Positions 8,619 to 15,360 of a stretch of DNA of 15,360 bases are shown one piece after another (the first letter of the stretch is position 1; each line of letters begins with the position of its first letter). The notes beneath the pieces were generated by a model. That model had not been told where the DNA came from, made no database searches, and saw only the letters and a list, made by a program, of their open reading frames with translations. A program made the position numbers and the translations under genes. Origin of the DNA: Phycisphaerales bacterium (GTDB lineage: Bacteria > Planctomycetota > Phycisphaerae > WQYP01); NCBI GenBank assembly GCA_027451365.1, contig DAIDJN010000043.1:1-15360 (forward strand), given 5' to 3'.

Positions 8619-9890
8619 ATGGTAAACCGCTCACAAATTGAAGAACCAGATGTCGCATGCGAACGCTCCGCCACCGTAGCAATGGTGTTAACCGCCGGCA
8701 CAACCGGGGCCATTGCTGTGATAGCAATTGCCGGCCCGGAGACCGGTGAAGCGCTGCGGAAGATATGTCATCGGGACCTGACGGACTTTAGGCAATTGGC
8801 GACCGGGCAGATCGCCCGGACGGATTTTTATCACAACAGGCAGGTATTTGATAACGGTCTGATTGTTTTTCACAGTCCGACACAGATCGAATTTCATTTA
8901 CATGGTGGCACTGCGGTGGTAGCCCGCGCGATGGCGGCCTTGCAGGAAATTGGAATACAGGCGGTTTCGGCGGCGGAATCAATTGATGGCGATTTTTTTA
9001 AATCCGTACCAGTTCACCTGCAACCCCAGATGCCGCAATCGCAACTTTCGCGGGAAATATGGCTTGAGCTTTGTCGCGCAAAGTGTGATGCCGCAGTGGA
9101 TCAACTTGCGGGGCAGTTGAATGACGGTCTGCCGAACTGGGCGGATCAATGGCAAAGCCGATTAGCGGCCAGTTCGCCTAGCGCGCATCAATTGCAACAG
9201 ATTCACAGGGAAGCGCAATGGATACGCGCTCAGACGGCGTGGTCGCAATTCCTGTTGCGGCCGCCTGTGCTGGCCATTATCGGCGCACCCAACGCGGGAA
9301 AATCAACGCTTCTTAATGCCCTTACCGGCCGCCCGGCGAGTATTGTCAGCAATATTCCCGGCACCACTCGCGACTGGGTGGACGAGCCGGCGTTTCTTTC
9401 CAGTGGTCCGGTGCGTATCTGTGTGCATCTGGTGGATACCGCAGGCATCCGGCTGACCGAGGATACACTCGAGGCTCTATCCATTGAACGCACAGGTGAG
9501 CAGCTTGCCGTCGCCGATATTCTGCTATTTCTGGCAGACCAGTCCCGGCCGCTGGAGCCGCAAACAGCATCCATATTAAACCGACTGGCAAGCAGCCCGG
9601 AGCGAAGGCAGCCGCTGATTCTGGTAGCCACCAAGACCGATCTGCCGGCGCAATGGAATCCGTTGGCTGAATATCCCCATCTTCCGGCGGTGCAGATATG
9701 CGCGCCCGAACTTGCGGGCTTTGCGGAACTTTCAGACCTTATTTTTCAGGCGCTTGGTCTGGCAAAGCTTTCAGCCGCGGCGGAGGTGGCATTTCCCTGC
9801 ACCTCACGACAGAGTTTTCTGCTGGAGAACCTAGCGATGGCCGCAACATGGGCGGAGGCGCAGCGCATTCTTGACACACTTAAAGGGTAA
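8619..9890 (+). CDS. MnmE/TrmE-like GTPase, atypical (no C-terminal FC[IV]GK)
   Basis: TrmE-N-like LTAGTTGAIAVIAIAG and EFHLHGG; G1 GAPNAGKS, G2 PGTTRD, G3 DTAG, G4 TKTD. Starts 7 nt after the Nif3 stop, so likely one operon. Confidence 0.8.
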   Translation: MVNRSQIEEPDVACERSATVAMVLTAGTTGAIAVIAIAGPETGEALRKICHRDLTDFRQLATGQIARTDFYHNRQVFDNGLIVFHSPTQIEFHLHGGTAVVARAMAALQEIGIQAVSAAESIDGDFFKSVPVHLQPQMPQSQLSREIWLELCRAKCDAAVDQLAGQLNDGLPNWADQWQSRLAASSPSAHQLQQIHREAQWIRAQTAWSQFLLRPPVLAIIGAPNAGKSTLLNALTGRPASIVSNIPGTTRDWVDEPAFLSSGPVRICVHLVDTAGIRLTEDTLEALSIERTGEQLAVADILLFLADQSRPLEPQTASILNRLASSPERRQPLILVATKTDLPAQWNPLAEYPHLPAVQICAPELAGFAELSDLIFQALGLAKLSAAAEVAFPCTSRQSFLLENLAMAATWAEAQRILDTLKG

Positions 9891-10184
9891 AGCTGTGCGG
9901 CAGAAAGCCTAATGTTGACGCCTACCTTACGCAACTGCAACAAGCTTCGCACATCCATTGGCGATCTATTGCAATGATTCATTTCGAACAGCGCGTTCGA
10001 TTTCCGAATCAGACCTTGCCCCGACCTGGAACCTGAATCCTTCTTAAACCGCAGTTACCCGCAAAAACGTCCACGGCATGAGGCTAAAATGCACGACGAT
10101 TGCCATTGGACAACTCATCCTGCTGATTCATTGCTGACTCCTTGAAACGTTTGTGCAATCAAGGAATTAGAATTTACCCCCGTC

Positions 10185-10215
10185 AAAAAATTTCCGCCAG
10201 GTGGGGTTGGCGGGA
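10185..10215 (-). terminator. Rho-independent terminator of the GH130 locus (possibly bidirectional)
   Basis: Minus strand: CCGCCA-8 nt-TGGCGG stem followed by AAATTTTTT, about 145 nt downstream of the GH130 stop. Confidence 0.55.
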
Positions 10216-10360
10216 CGTTTGCCTAAATGGCAGCGGCGAATTTATCGCAAATCTAAACCATCAATCGCACCATTTCTGCTGATAACATCCATTGTCCTGG
10301 GGCGCTGGTCATTCAGCGGCACATCAGTGGAAGCTGTGAGAGCTTGCAAATTCAATCCCA

Positions 10361-11488
10361 TTAGCTGGTTATTGCCACACCAACGTCCGTATCCGCTCCA
10401 CCGTAGAAGAGAAACCACTTATTGCGAAACCAGGCCAGCCCTTCGATGAAGGTAGTACCCGCCTTGTATTGCCCGCTTTTTTCCCACGGTTCCTCTGGCC
10501 AGAAAAATGGTTCCGCTGGCCGGTGCAGGAGTTGCGCCGGATCATCTCCCGAAAACAGTGCTTGCCCCGCGGAATACTGGCTGGCCGGGACGCGCGGGCC
10601 TTTTTTAATCAGGCCATCGCTCATGCCGTTATAGAAAAATACTATTCCCCGTCGCGTAAGAAGCGCCGGTGGCCCGGATTCGGTTAGCCATGAATCAAAA
10701 TGTCCGGGTTCGCTTTTTGGCAGTACCAGCCGCAGTTGGCCGCTTCCATCCAAAACCGGCGACCAATTCAAAATATCTTCCGAGTGCGCCAGAAACGTTT
10801 GCCGATTGGTATGCCAATACATCCAATAGCGGCCATGGATCTTGGCGGCAACAACTTGGTTTCCGGCTTTTCGCGTGACAATGGCTCCGGATTTCGACCA
10901 CAAATTTGCAAAGCGGCCCTTATACGCTTCCCGAAACACCGGCCCGTGATGCGTCCAGTGAGTTAAATTTTTGGAAGTGGCAACGCCCAGCCGCGCCACC
11001 TTGTGATCCCACATGGTAAACGTAATCACAAATGTGCCATCTTCAGTTTGGACGATTCGCGGATCCTCACAGCCACCGGGCCATTCATATTTTCCCCATT
11101 TACCCGGCGAGGGATATACCACTGGGTGTGGCAACACCTGAAATGAACTCCCGTCGGAACTCTCCGCAAGGCCCACGCGACTGGTGTACCCGCCAATTTC
11201 ATCACCATGCCGCCCCTCGGCTCGAAATAACACATATAGCTTGTTGTTCCAGGCAATCGCCGCCGGGTTAAACGCATGCGAAAATTCCCAGTACGAAAGA
11301 CGGTGCGTGTTCGGATCAATAAATACAGCATCCCGATTAGGGCTTAAAATGGGTTGACCTCCGGCTGGACGCATAAAAGGCCCGATCTCCCAGTGATCCG
11401 GAGTTATTTTCGCATCGGTCGCCTTCATTTTTATAATCGCCCCGGCGGTGGCCCCGGTCAGCAACGTCATAAATGTTCTTCGATTCAT
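10361..11488 (-). CDS. Tat-exported GH130 glycoside hydrolase, resembling the beta-1,2-mannosidase (BT3780-like) subgroup
   Basis: Twin-arginine signal MNRRTFMTLLTGATAGA. GH130 motifs FNPAAI, YEWPGGCEDPRI, WSKSG, TESGPPA, FFYNG, EKSGQY..GTTFIEGL, YGGAD. SD AAGGA. Subfamily assignment is from recalled similarity. Confidence 0.85.
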   Translation of the reverse strand: MNRRTFMTLLTGATAGAIIKMKATDAKITPDHWEIGPFMRPAGGQPILSPNRDAVFIDPNTHRLSYWEFSHAFNPAAIAWNNKLYVLFRAEGRHGDEIGGYTSRVGLAESSDGSSFQVLPHPVVYPSPGKWGKYEWPGGCEDPRIVQTEDGTFVITFTMWDHKVARLGVATSKNLTHWTHHGPVFREAYKGRFANLWSKSGAIVTRKAGNQVVAAKIHGRYWMYWHTNRQTFLAHSEDILNWSPVLDGSGQLRLVLPKSEPGHFDSWLTESGPPALLTRRGIVFFYNGMSDGLIKKGPRVPASQYSAGQALFSGDDPAQLLHRPAEPFFWPEEPWEKSGQYKAGTTFIEGLAWFRNKWFLFYGGADTDVGVAITS

Positions 11489-11521
11489 AAAGCATTCCTT
11501 CTTAAAAAGTTGGCGGATATC

Positions 11522-11550
11522 ATTATACGCCGACCGCTCTACCGCCTAAA
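11522..11550 (-). promoter_or_regulatory. Putative internal sigma70-type promoter for GH130
   Basis: Perfect TATAAT (11522-11527, minus strand), 17-nt spacer, weak -35 TTTAGG; the -10 ends 33 nt upstream of the GH130 ATG. Confidence 0.4.
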
Positions 11551-11643
11551 GTTCAGCCTTCGCCGAAGACTTCGCCCCCGGCAGCCGACGCCGGAAATAG
11601 GCAACAGTGAGTGGGGTTATCGAGTGTCATTGACACCACGTTG

Positions 11644-13398
11644 TCATTCATCAGAAGTCCTCTGGCCATGGCGATAATCAATCACACAGTTGTTGACTAA
11701 GGTTTCGTGCCCATGGTAAGAGACAACTCCATCAGCCGCCGTATACACCAGAATCACTGCGGAATTTGGCGGCACCGACACTGGCGCGGTGCCAGATACA
11801 TTATGGGCGATAAAGTCTCCGCTCATAGTGTTGTAAAGATTTACTTTCTTTGACCCAATTTTTATCGTCACCGTCCTCATCCGCTTATAGGGATTGTAGA
11901 ACAGAAAGGTGGGAAAGCCGACCGGGGCGCTGGTGTCTGTAGAACCAAGATTTATTTGCAAAATGCCGCGAACATTGGTTTTCTGCACCAGCGAGCCAAG
12001 CACACCAACATAAACTGCGCCATAAAGGCAGTAATTCGTGGCACCCGCATGATAATTGCGGCCGGATCGCCCGGGATCAAGAAATGATTTTCGATCGCCG
12101 GTTGCGATCAACGGCTGGGCTGGGTAGTCGCGGCGGTATTTTAATCCCTCGTAAGCAATCAGAGATTCCCCCAATGCCCAACCCGGATCACTCTGCCGGG
12201 CTGCGGGGTGGAACTTGCCGTAGAAAAGGCGGCTGGCGTTAGCGGTATTCAATATCCATTTACCTAAAGCCGTGGCGTACCGCTGGTCGTACCGTGCCAC
12301 CGGTGCCAACGCCCACAATTGCGTTGCCGTCTCCATAAAAAAGGCGTAGCCCCCAACACCCCATGGTCTCTGCGGCGGATGATTCACCGCGCCAACCAAG
12401 CCATCGACATCCTGACCGTCCCATTGGGCGTTCTCTACTCCCCAAGTTGGCCGAGCGTGATAACGGCTAAAACACCAGTACAGAAATTTTTCCACCGGAT
12501 AATGCTTCCTAAGCTCGACGTTCATGCGTATGGCCGCGATAACGCCAAATGGCGTAAGAACTTCGTAGCTTGGATTATTCGATCGTGGCAAATTGGAAAG
12601 ATATTGCATGCATGCTTTTGCCGCATGGAGAAAAACCGGATCATGCCACCGCTGCCACGCCATATATTCCACCCACGCGATGCCCGCCGCCATGTCCGGC
12701 TCACGCCACCTACCGTTGTAGACTGGCCGCATGGTGGAAAAATTGAAGCCGGTATAATTAAAATCATAGCGACCATCTGGCTTCTTAAAATGCGGTATGG
12801 CGTCCGCCCATGAGAGGGCTGTGGCGCGACACATCTTCGCCAGTTTCCGTTCAGCGGGGTATCGGGCTGAAATCGCGGCGGCTGTGATATCCGGAAAAAT
12901 GGTGTACCACGCCGTTGCCTGCGGATTGGCACTCCTGAAATTATTGCCAAACAGGCCATGCCCGACGCTGGGATCAAAAAATCGCTCCAGCAACCGCACA
13001 TAATTAATTGTCCCCGCGGACATATTTCGCCCCACCAGGGTAGCTCCCCACACGGCCCCCATATCCGAAAGTGCCTGTGCTGATGACCGGACATCAGGTT
13101 TTTGATCTACATAAGATGGCATGACAAATGCATGCGCTTCAATGTGGGTAGCTTGTATCATGTGTATCAGCGGCAAAAATGGACCGCTGGCGCGGGAATC
13201 AAATACTACCTTATAAAACTGTCTGGAGACCCGCGACCAATTTCTCATCCTATAGGGCTGAGGAATCGCTGGCATCCGGCCGAGCTCCGACGTAAAGACT
13301 TGTGCGACCGGATGCGCTTTTATTCGCATCACCATAAGCCCTAAGAATAAAGCGACACATACCGCCGCTTTCGATATGGACTGTCGACGGTGAGACAC
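11644..13398 (-). CDS. Secreted uncharacterised protein, probable glycan-active enzyme
   Basis: Start moved to GTG 13398 (GGAGG 7 nt upstream), giving a Sec-type signal MSHRRQSISKAAVCVALFLGLMVMRIKA|HP; 584 aa. Trp/Tyr-rich blocks WREPDMAAGIAW, YEVLTPFG..AAIRMN.EL, WG.....W....VDGLVG, PVARYD..YA.ALGKW.LN.ANA.RLFY and FLFYNPY, recalled from unannotated proteins in Bacteroidetes polysaccharide loci. Confidence 0.75.
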   Translation of the reverse strand: MSHRRQSISKAAVCVALFLGLMVMRIKAHPVAQVFTSELGRMPAIPQPYRMRNWSRVSRQFYKVVFDSRASGPFLPLIHMIQATHIEAHAFVMPSYVDQKPDVRSSAQALSDMGAVWGATLVGRNMSAGTINYVRLLERFFDPSVGHGLFGNNFRSANPQATAWYTIFPDITAAAISARYPAERKLAKMCRATALSWADAIPHFKKPDGRYDFNYTGFNFSTMRPVYNGRWREPDMAAGIAWVEYMAWQRWHDPVFLHAAKACMQYLSNLPRSNNPSYEVLTPFGVIAAIRMNVELRKHYPVEKFLYWCFSRYHARPTWGVENAQWDGQDVDGLVGAVNHPPQRPWGVGGYAFFMETATQLWALAPVARYDQRYATALGKWILNTANASRLFYGKFHPAARQSDPGWALGESLIAYEGLKYRRDYPAQPLIATGDRKSFLDPGRSGRNYHAGATNYCLYGAVYVGVLGSLVQKTNVRGILQINLGSTDTSAPVGFPTFLFYNPYKRMRTVTIKIGSKKVNLYNTMSGDFIAHNVSGTAPVSVPPNSAVILVYTAADGVVSYHGHETLVNNCVIDYRHGQRTSDE

Positions 13399-13501
13399 TA
13401 CCACACCTCCAATTTGATCATCGACCCAATGACAGTCGTTCGTCCACAGGCCATACATACATTCTTTTTGTCGAGACCCCTTCAACTATTGCATATCCTC
13501 G

Positions 13502-14383
13502 TCACTGGTTAAGACAGTTGTAATACTTGAGGCTGCGAGCCTTAATCCCTGCCGCATGGCCATCAAAGAATACGACGTTTGCTATTCCCGTGGACAGATA
13601 CGGTTCAGGAAAGTTAACCGTCGTGTCTCCATGCCGATAGCGTAATCCGCTTCCGGCACCATTGGGATAGTCAAAATTCGTTCGGGTACCTGGGGCTCCG
13701 GGTGGAATCATTTGGGCTATTGGGGCAGAAGAGTTTAAATCGCCGAAGTAGGACGGCGACGGCCACCAGTTAAACGCGGTCCAGCAACTGCCATTGTTAA
13801 ACACCTGGTTGGCGTCTCCAATAGCCACGAGATTGGTAGGACTCTTGATATTGGACATCCGGATGTAGGACGGAACCCCGCCGGTAGGATCAGTTCCCTG
13901 TCCCACTATCTCCCAACCGAAGCCATTGGGATTGGACGCGTAGGATGTCCCAAAAGCATATGTGATCGGCATCGTTCGGACTGGATCCCAAAACAAAGCT
14001 TCGAACTTCTTCGCCATCGAATCGGCCGTGATCCCTTGTTGGCCCGACGTGCCTAGATAAGGTCCCCACTGATATGATGCTGAAAATGGTGGGCTGCTTG
14101 TGTACCAATCGAAAAGAACGTCGGACCAGACCGGATCGGTTGTGTTGTTGTCATAGGTCGGCGGCGTGAATCCACCATTAGAACCCGAATACTCCACCGT
14201 CAACTGGCCAAGCGACCGCAACCGAGATAAGCAAACCGTACTCTCGGCATCCAGCTTCGCCAAGGCGAGGGCCGGAAGAAGTAGGGATATTAACAGCGCA
14301 ATAATGGAAATGACCACCAGAAGTTCCACGAGTGTAAATGCCGCCATTGAACCGCGATCTGATTTTACTGGTCTGTATGGCAT
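13502..14383 (-). CDS. Prepilin-type N-terminal cleavage/methylation protein with H-X9-DG-type C-terminus (DUF1559-like)
   Basis: A|FTLVELLVVISIIALLISLLLPAL...A....CLSRLRSLG, SYASN, and C-terminal YRH...ANVVFFDGHA. Start moved to ATG 14383 (TAAGGAG upstream); 293 aa. Confidence 0.92.
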   Translation of the reverse strand: MPYRPVKSDRGSMAAFTLVELLVVISIIALLISLLLPALALAKLDAESTVCLSRLRSLGQLTVEYSGSNGGFTPPTYDNNTTDPVWSDVLFDWYTSSPPFSASYQWGPYLGTSGQQGITADSMAKKFEALFWDPVRTMPITYAFGTSYASNPNGFGWEIVGQGTDPTGGVPSYIRMSNIKSPTNLVAIGDANQVFNNGSCWTAFNWWPSPSYFGDLNSSAPIAQMIPPGAPGTRTNFDYPNGAGSGLRYRHGDTTVNFPEPYLSTGIANVVFFDGHAAGIKARSLKYYNCLNQ

Positions 14384-14451
14384 TGAAAGCTCCTTAATAA
14401 CGCCCTCATTTATTCTGATCAAAGGATCTGTGCATTGCCCACTGACCGAAT

Positions 14452-14567
14452 GGGCTACGGTGCGCCGCCACTTGCGGAGGATAACGATAACAAATTAAAA
14501 AAACATAACAAACTCTTTATTCTCCTAAAGAGCCATTGGAGTTTACGCCGATCTGGCGGGCTACGGT
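14452..14567. repeat. 10-bp direct repeat GGGCTACGGT (two copies)
   Basis: Exact copies at 14452-14461 and 14558-14567, flanking the leader terminator-like hairpin. Confidence 0.6.
14492..14532 (-). terminator. Terminator-like hairpin inside the 5' leader of the DUF1559-like gene (possible attenuator)
   Basis: Minus strand CTCTTTA-ggagaa-TAAAGAG followed by TTTGTTATGTTTTTTT, about 110 nt upstream of the ATG. The stem is AT-rich and weak. Confidence 0.45.
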
Positions 14568-14704
14568 TCCACACAGCCACCGCGACTGTGGACGCTTGAT
14601 TCCTAGCGTTTTAGGCAAAATTTAGTTTATATTCGCTGGGCAGTTTCGCACAATGGCATTTTATGCGAATCTTTTGGCTGTTTTTCCAAGTCCCGAATTC
14701 CGAG

Positions 14705-14834
14705 CTACTGTCAAATCTTGTGGACAGGAGAAAAGAGGCCTTCTTCCGAGTAAATTCGTGTTCATCTGCAAAGACGCCACCTACCAGGAAAGGAGGCCGT
14801 ATTGTTGCAGGCTAAAGGTATAAATGCCCGTTGA
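14705..14834 (+). mobile_element. Probable IS left end (IS256-family-like) with truncated transposase start
   Basis: CTACTGTCAAATCTTGTGGACAG resembles IS256-family terminal IRs. An inverted repeat GGCCTTCTTCC (14737-14747) / GGAAAGGAGGCC (14787-14798) covers a strong SD, followed by TTG and only about 10 codons. Confidence 0.4.
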
Positions 14835-14880
14835 ATATACTGCATTGGACTGGATGGCCATCTGCGGCTGATCTTCATTG

Positions 14881-15186
14881 CCAAACATCACCAAGGCCGA
14901 GCCGGCCACCATGCGATGGCTGCTGGTGTAATCGTCTTGGCAGGTGATTCAACGCCAGCCAGCAATGAAAGTCTGCTACCAGCGGATTTGTGTCCGCCGA
15001 GGCCAGGAAGGCAAGATCGCGATTGTCGCGGTCGCACGGAAATTCCTGAGTTGAATGCTCGCGATGTTGCGCACCGGTGAGAGTGAGACTTGGCGGACAC
15101 CCGAGACACCAGCGGCTGAAGAAAAACGACAAGCCCATGACATGAAGCCCGCAGCGACGCCGGTTACGGCCGACATGGACAAATAA
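14881..15186 (+). pseudogene. Decayed IS110-family transposase, C-terminal fragment
   Basis: Manual translation: PNITKAEPATMRWLLV*SSWQVIQRQPAMKVCYQRICVRRGQEGKIAIVAVARKFLS*MLAMLRTGE..., matching the IS110 C-terminal pattern ITK.G...R.LLVEAAW...KIAIVAVARKL...AML..GE. In-frame stops at 14929-14931 and 15052-15054. Confidence 0.85.
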
Positions 15187-15301
15187 ATTTCCGGGGCTAA
15201 CGGGCCTCGGAGCAGGACGATTGTGTCCGCATTACGAACCGCGTCTTCTCGGCAGCCTGAAAATTTGAGAATCTATTGTCGTCACAAGCATAAGGAGCAT
15301 G

Positions 15302-15360
15302 ATGATGACATTGGAAGCAAATGTAAAGCGGAACGCGTCGGGGTGGTACACCCGCGAATA
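15302..15360 (+). CDS. 5' end of an ORF running off the window (MMTLEANVKRNASGWYTRE...)
   Basis: TAAGGAG (15291-15297) followed by ATG ATG ATG (15299-15307) and an open frame to the window end; product not identifiable. Confidence 0.45.
   Translation, partial: MMTLEANVKRNASGWYTRE

Noticed and set aside
10211..10345. Run of small hairpins with GGCAAAC/GGGACG words suggesting a c-di-GMP-I riboswitch
   Set aside because: The words are on opposite strands and in the wrong order, there is no GNRA/receptor architecture, and the stems are only 4-5 bp.
13399..13485. TTG start at 13485 for the secreted protein
   Set aside because: GGAGG plus GTG 13398 places the signal peptide at the N-terminus.
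625..14498. Many antisense or alternate-frame ORFs inside the major genes
   Set aside because: Fully overlap well-supported CDSs and show no motifs.
14875..15182. Three minus-strand ORFs (87, 73 and 68 aa)
   Set aside because: Antisense shadows of the plus-strand IS110 pseudogene.
1..15360. CRISPR array, rRNA or intact tRNA
   Set aside because: No regularly spaced repeats or recognisable structural RNA genes were seen.

Overview
Bacterial window, probably from a planctomycete (Phycisphaerae-like). This is inferred from a DUF1559-type prepilin/H-X9-DG protein and a shortened MnmE-like GTPase; the P3A H+-ATPase hints at an acid-tolerant lifestyle. Four blocks are visible. (1) 184-7327: a carbon/energy/stress cluster of phosphoketolase, a His-rich single-TM small protein, a P3A H+-exporting ATPase, a general-stress membrane protein and a class I fructose-bisphosphate aldolase. 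(2) 7403-9890: a Nif3/YqfO protein followed by an MnmE-like GTPase lacking the C-terminal CxGK motif. (3) 10361-14383 (minus strand): a glycan-use locus of a DUF1559-type pilin-like protein, an uncharacterised 584-aa secreted protein and a Tat-exported GH130, preceded by a structured leader with a terminator-like hairpin and a 10-nt repeat. (4) 14705-15360: IS debris absent from the ORF track (an IS256-like left end and a decayed IS110 transposase C-terminus with a structured downstream region), then the start of an ORF running off the window. The best novelty candidates are the glycan locus with its leader and unknown enzyme, the His-rich micro-protein beside the H+ pump, and the Cys-less MnmE variant. 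All assignments come from motif recognition only; no searches were run.
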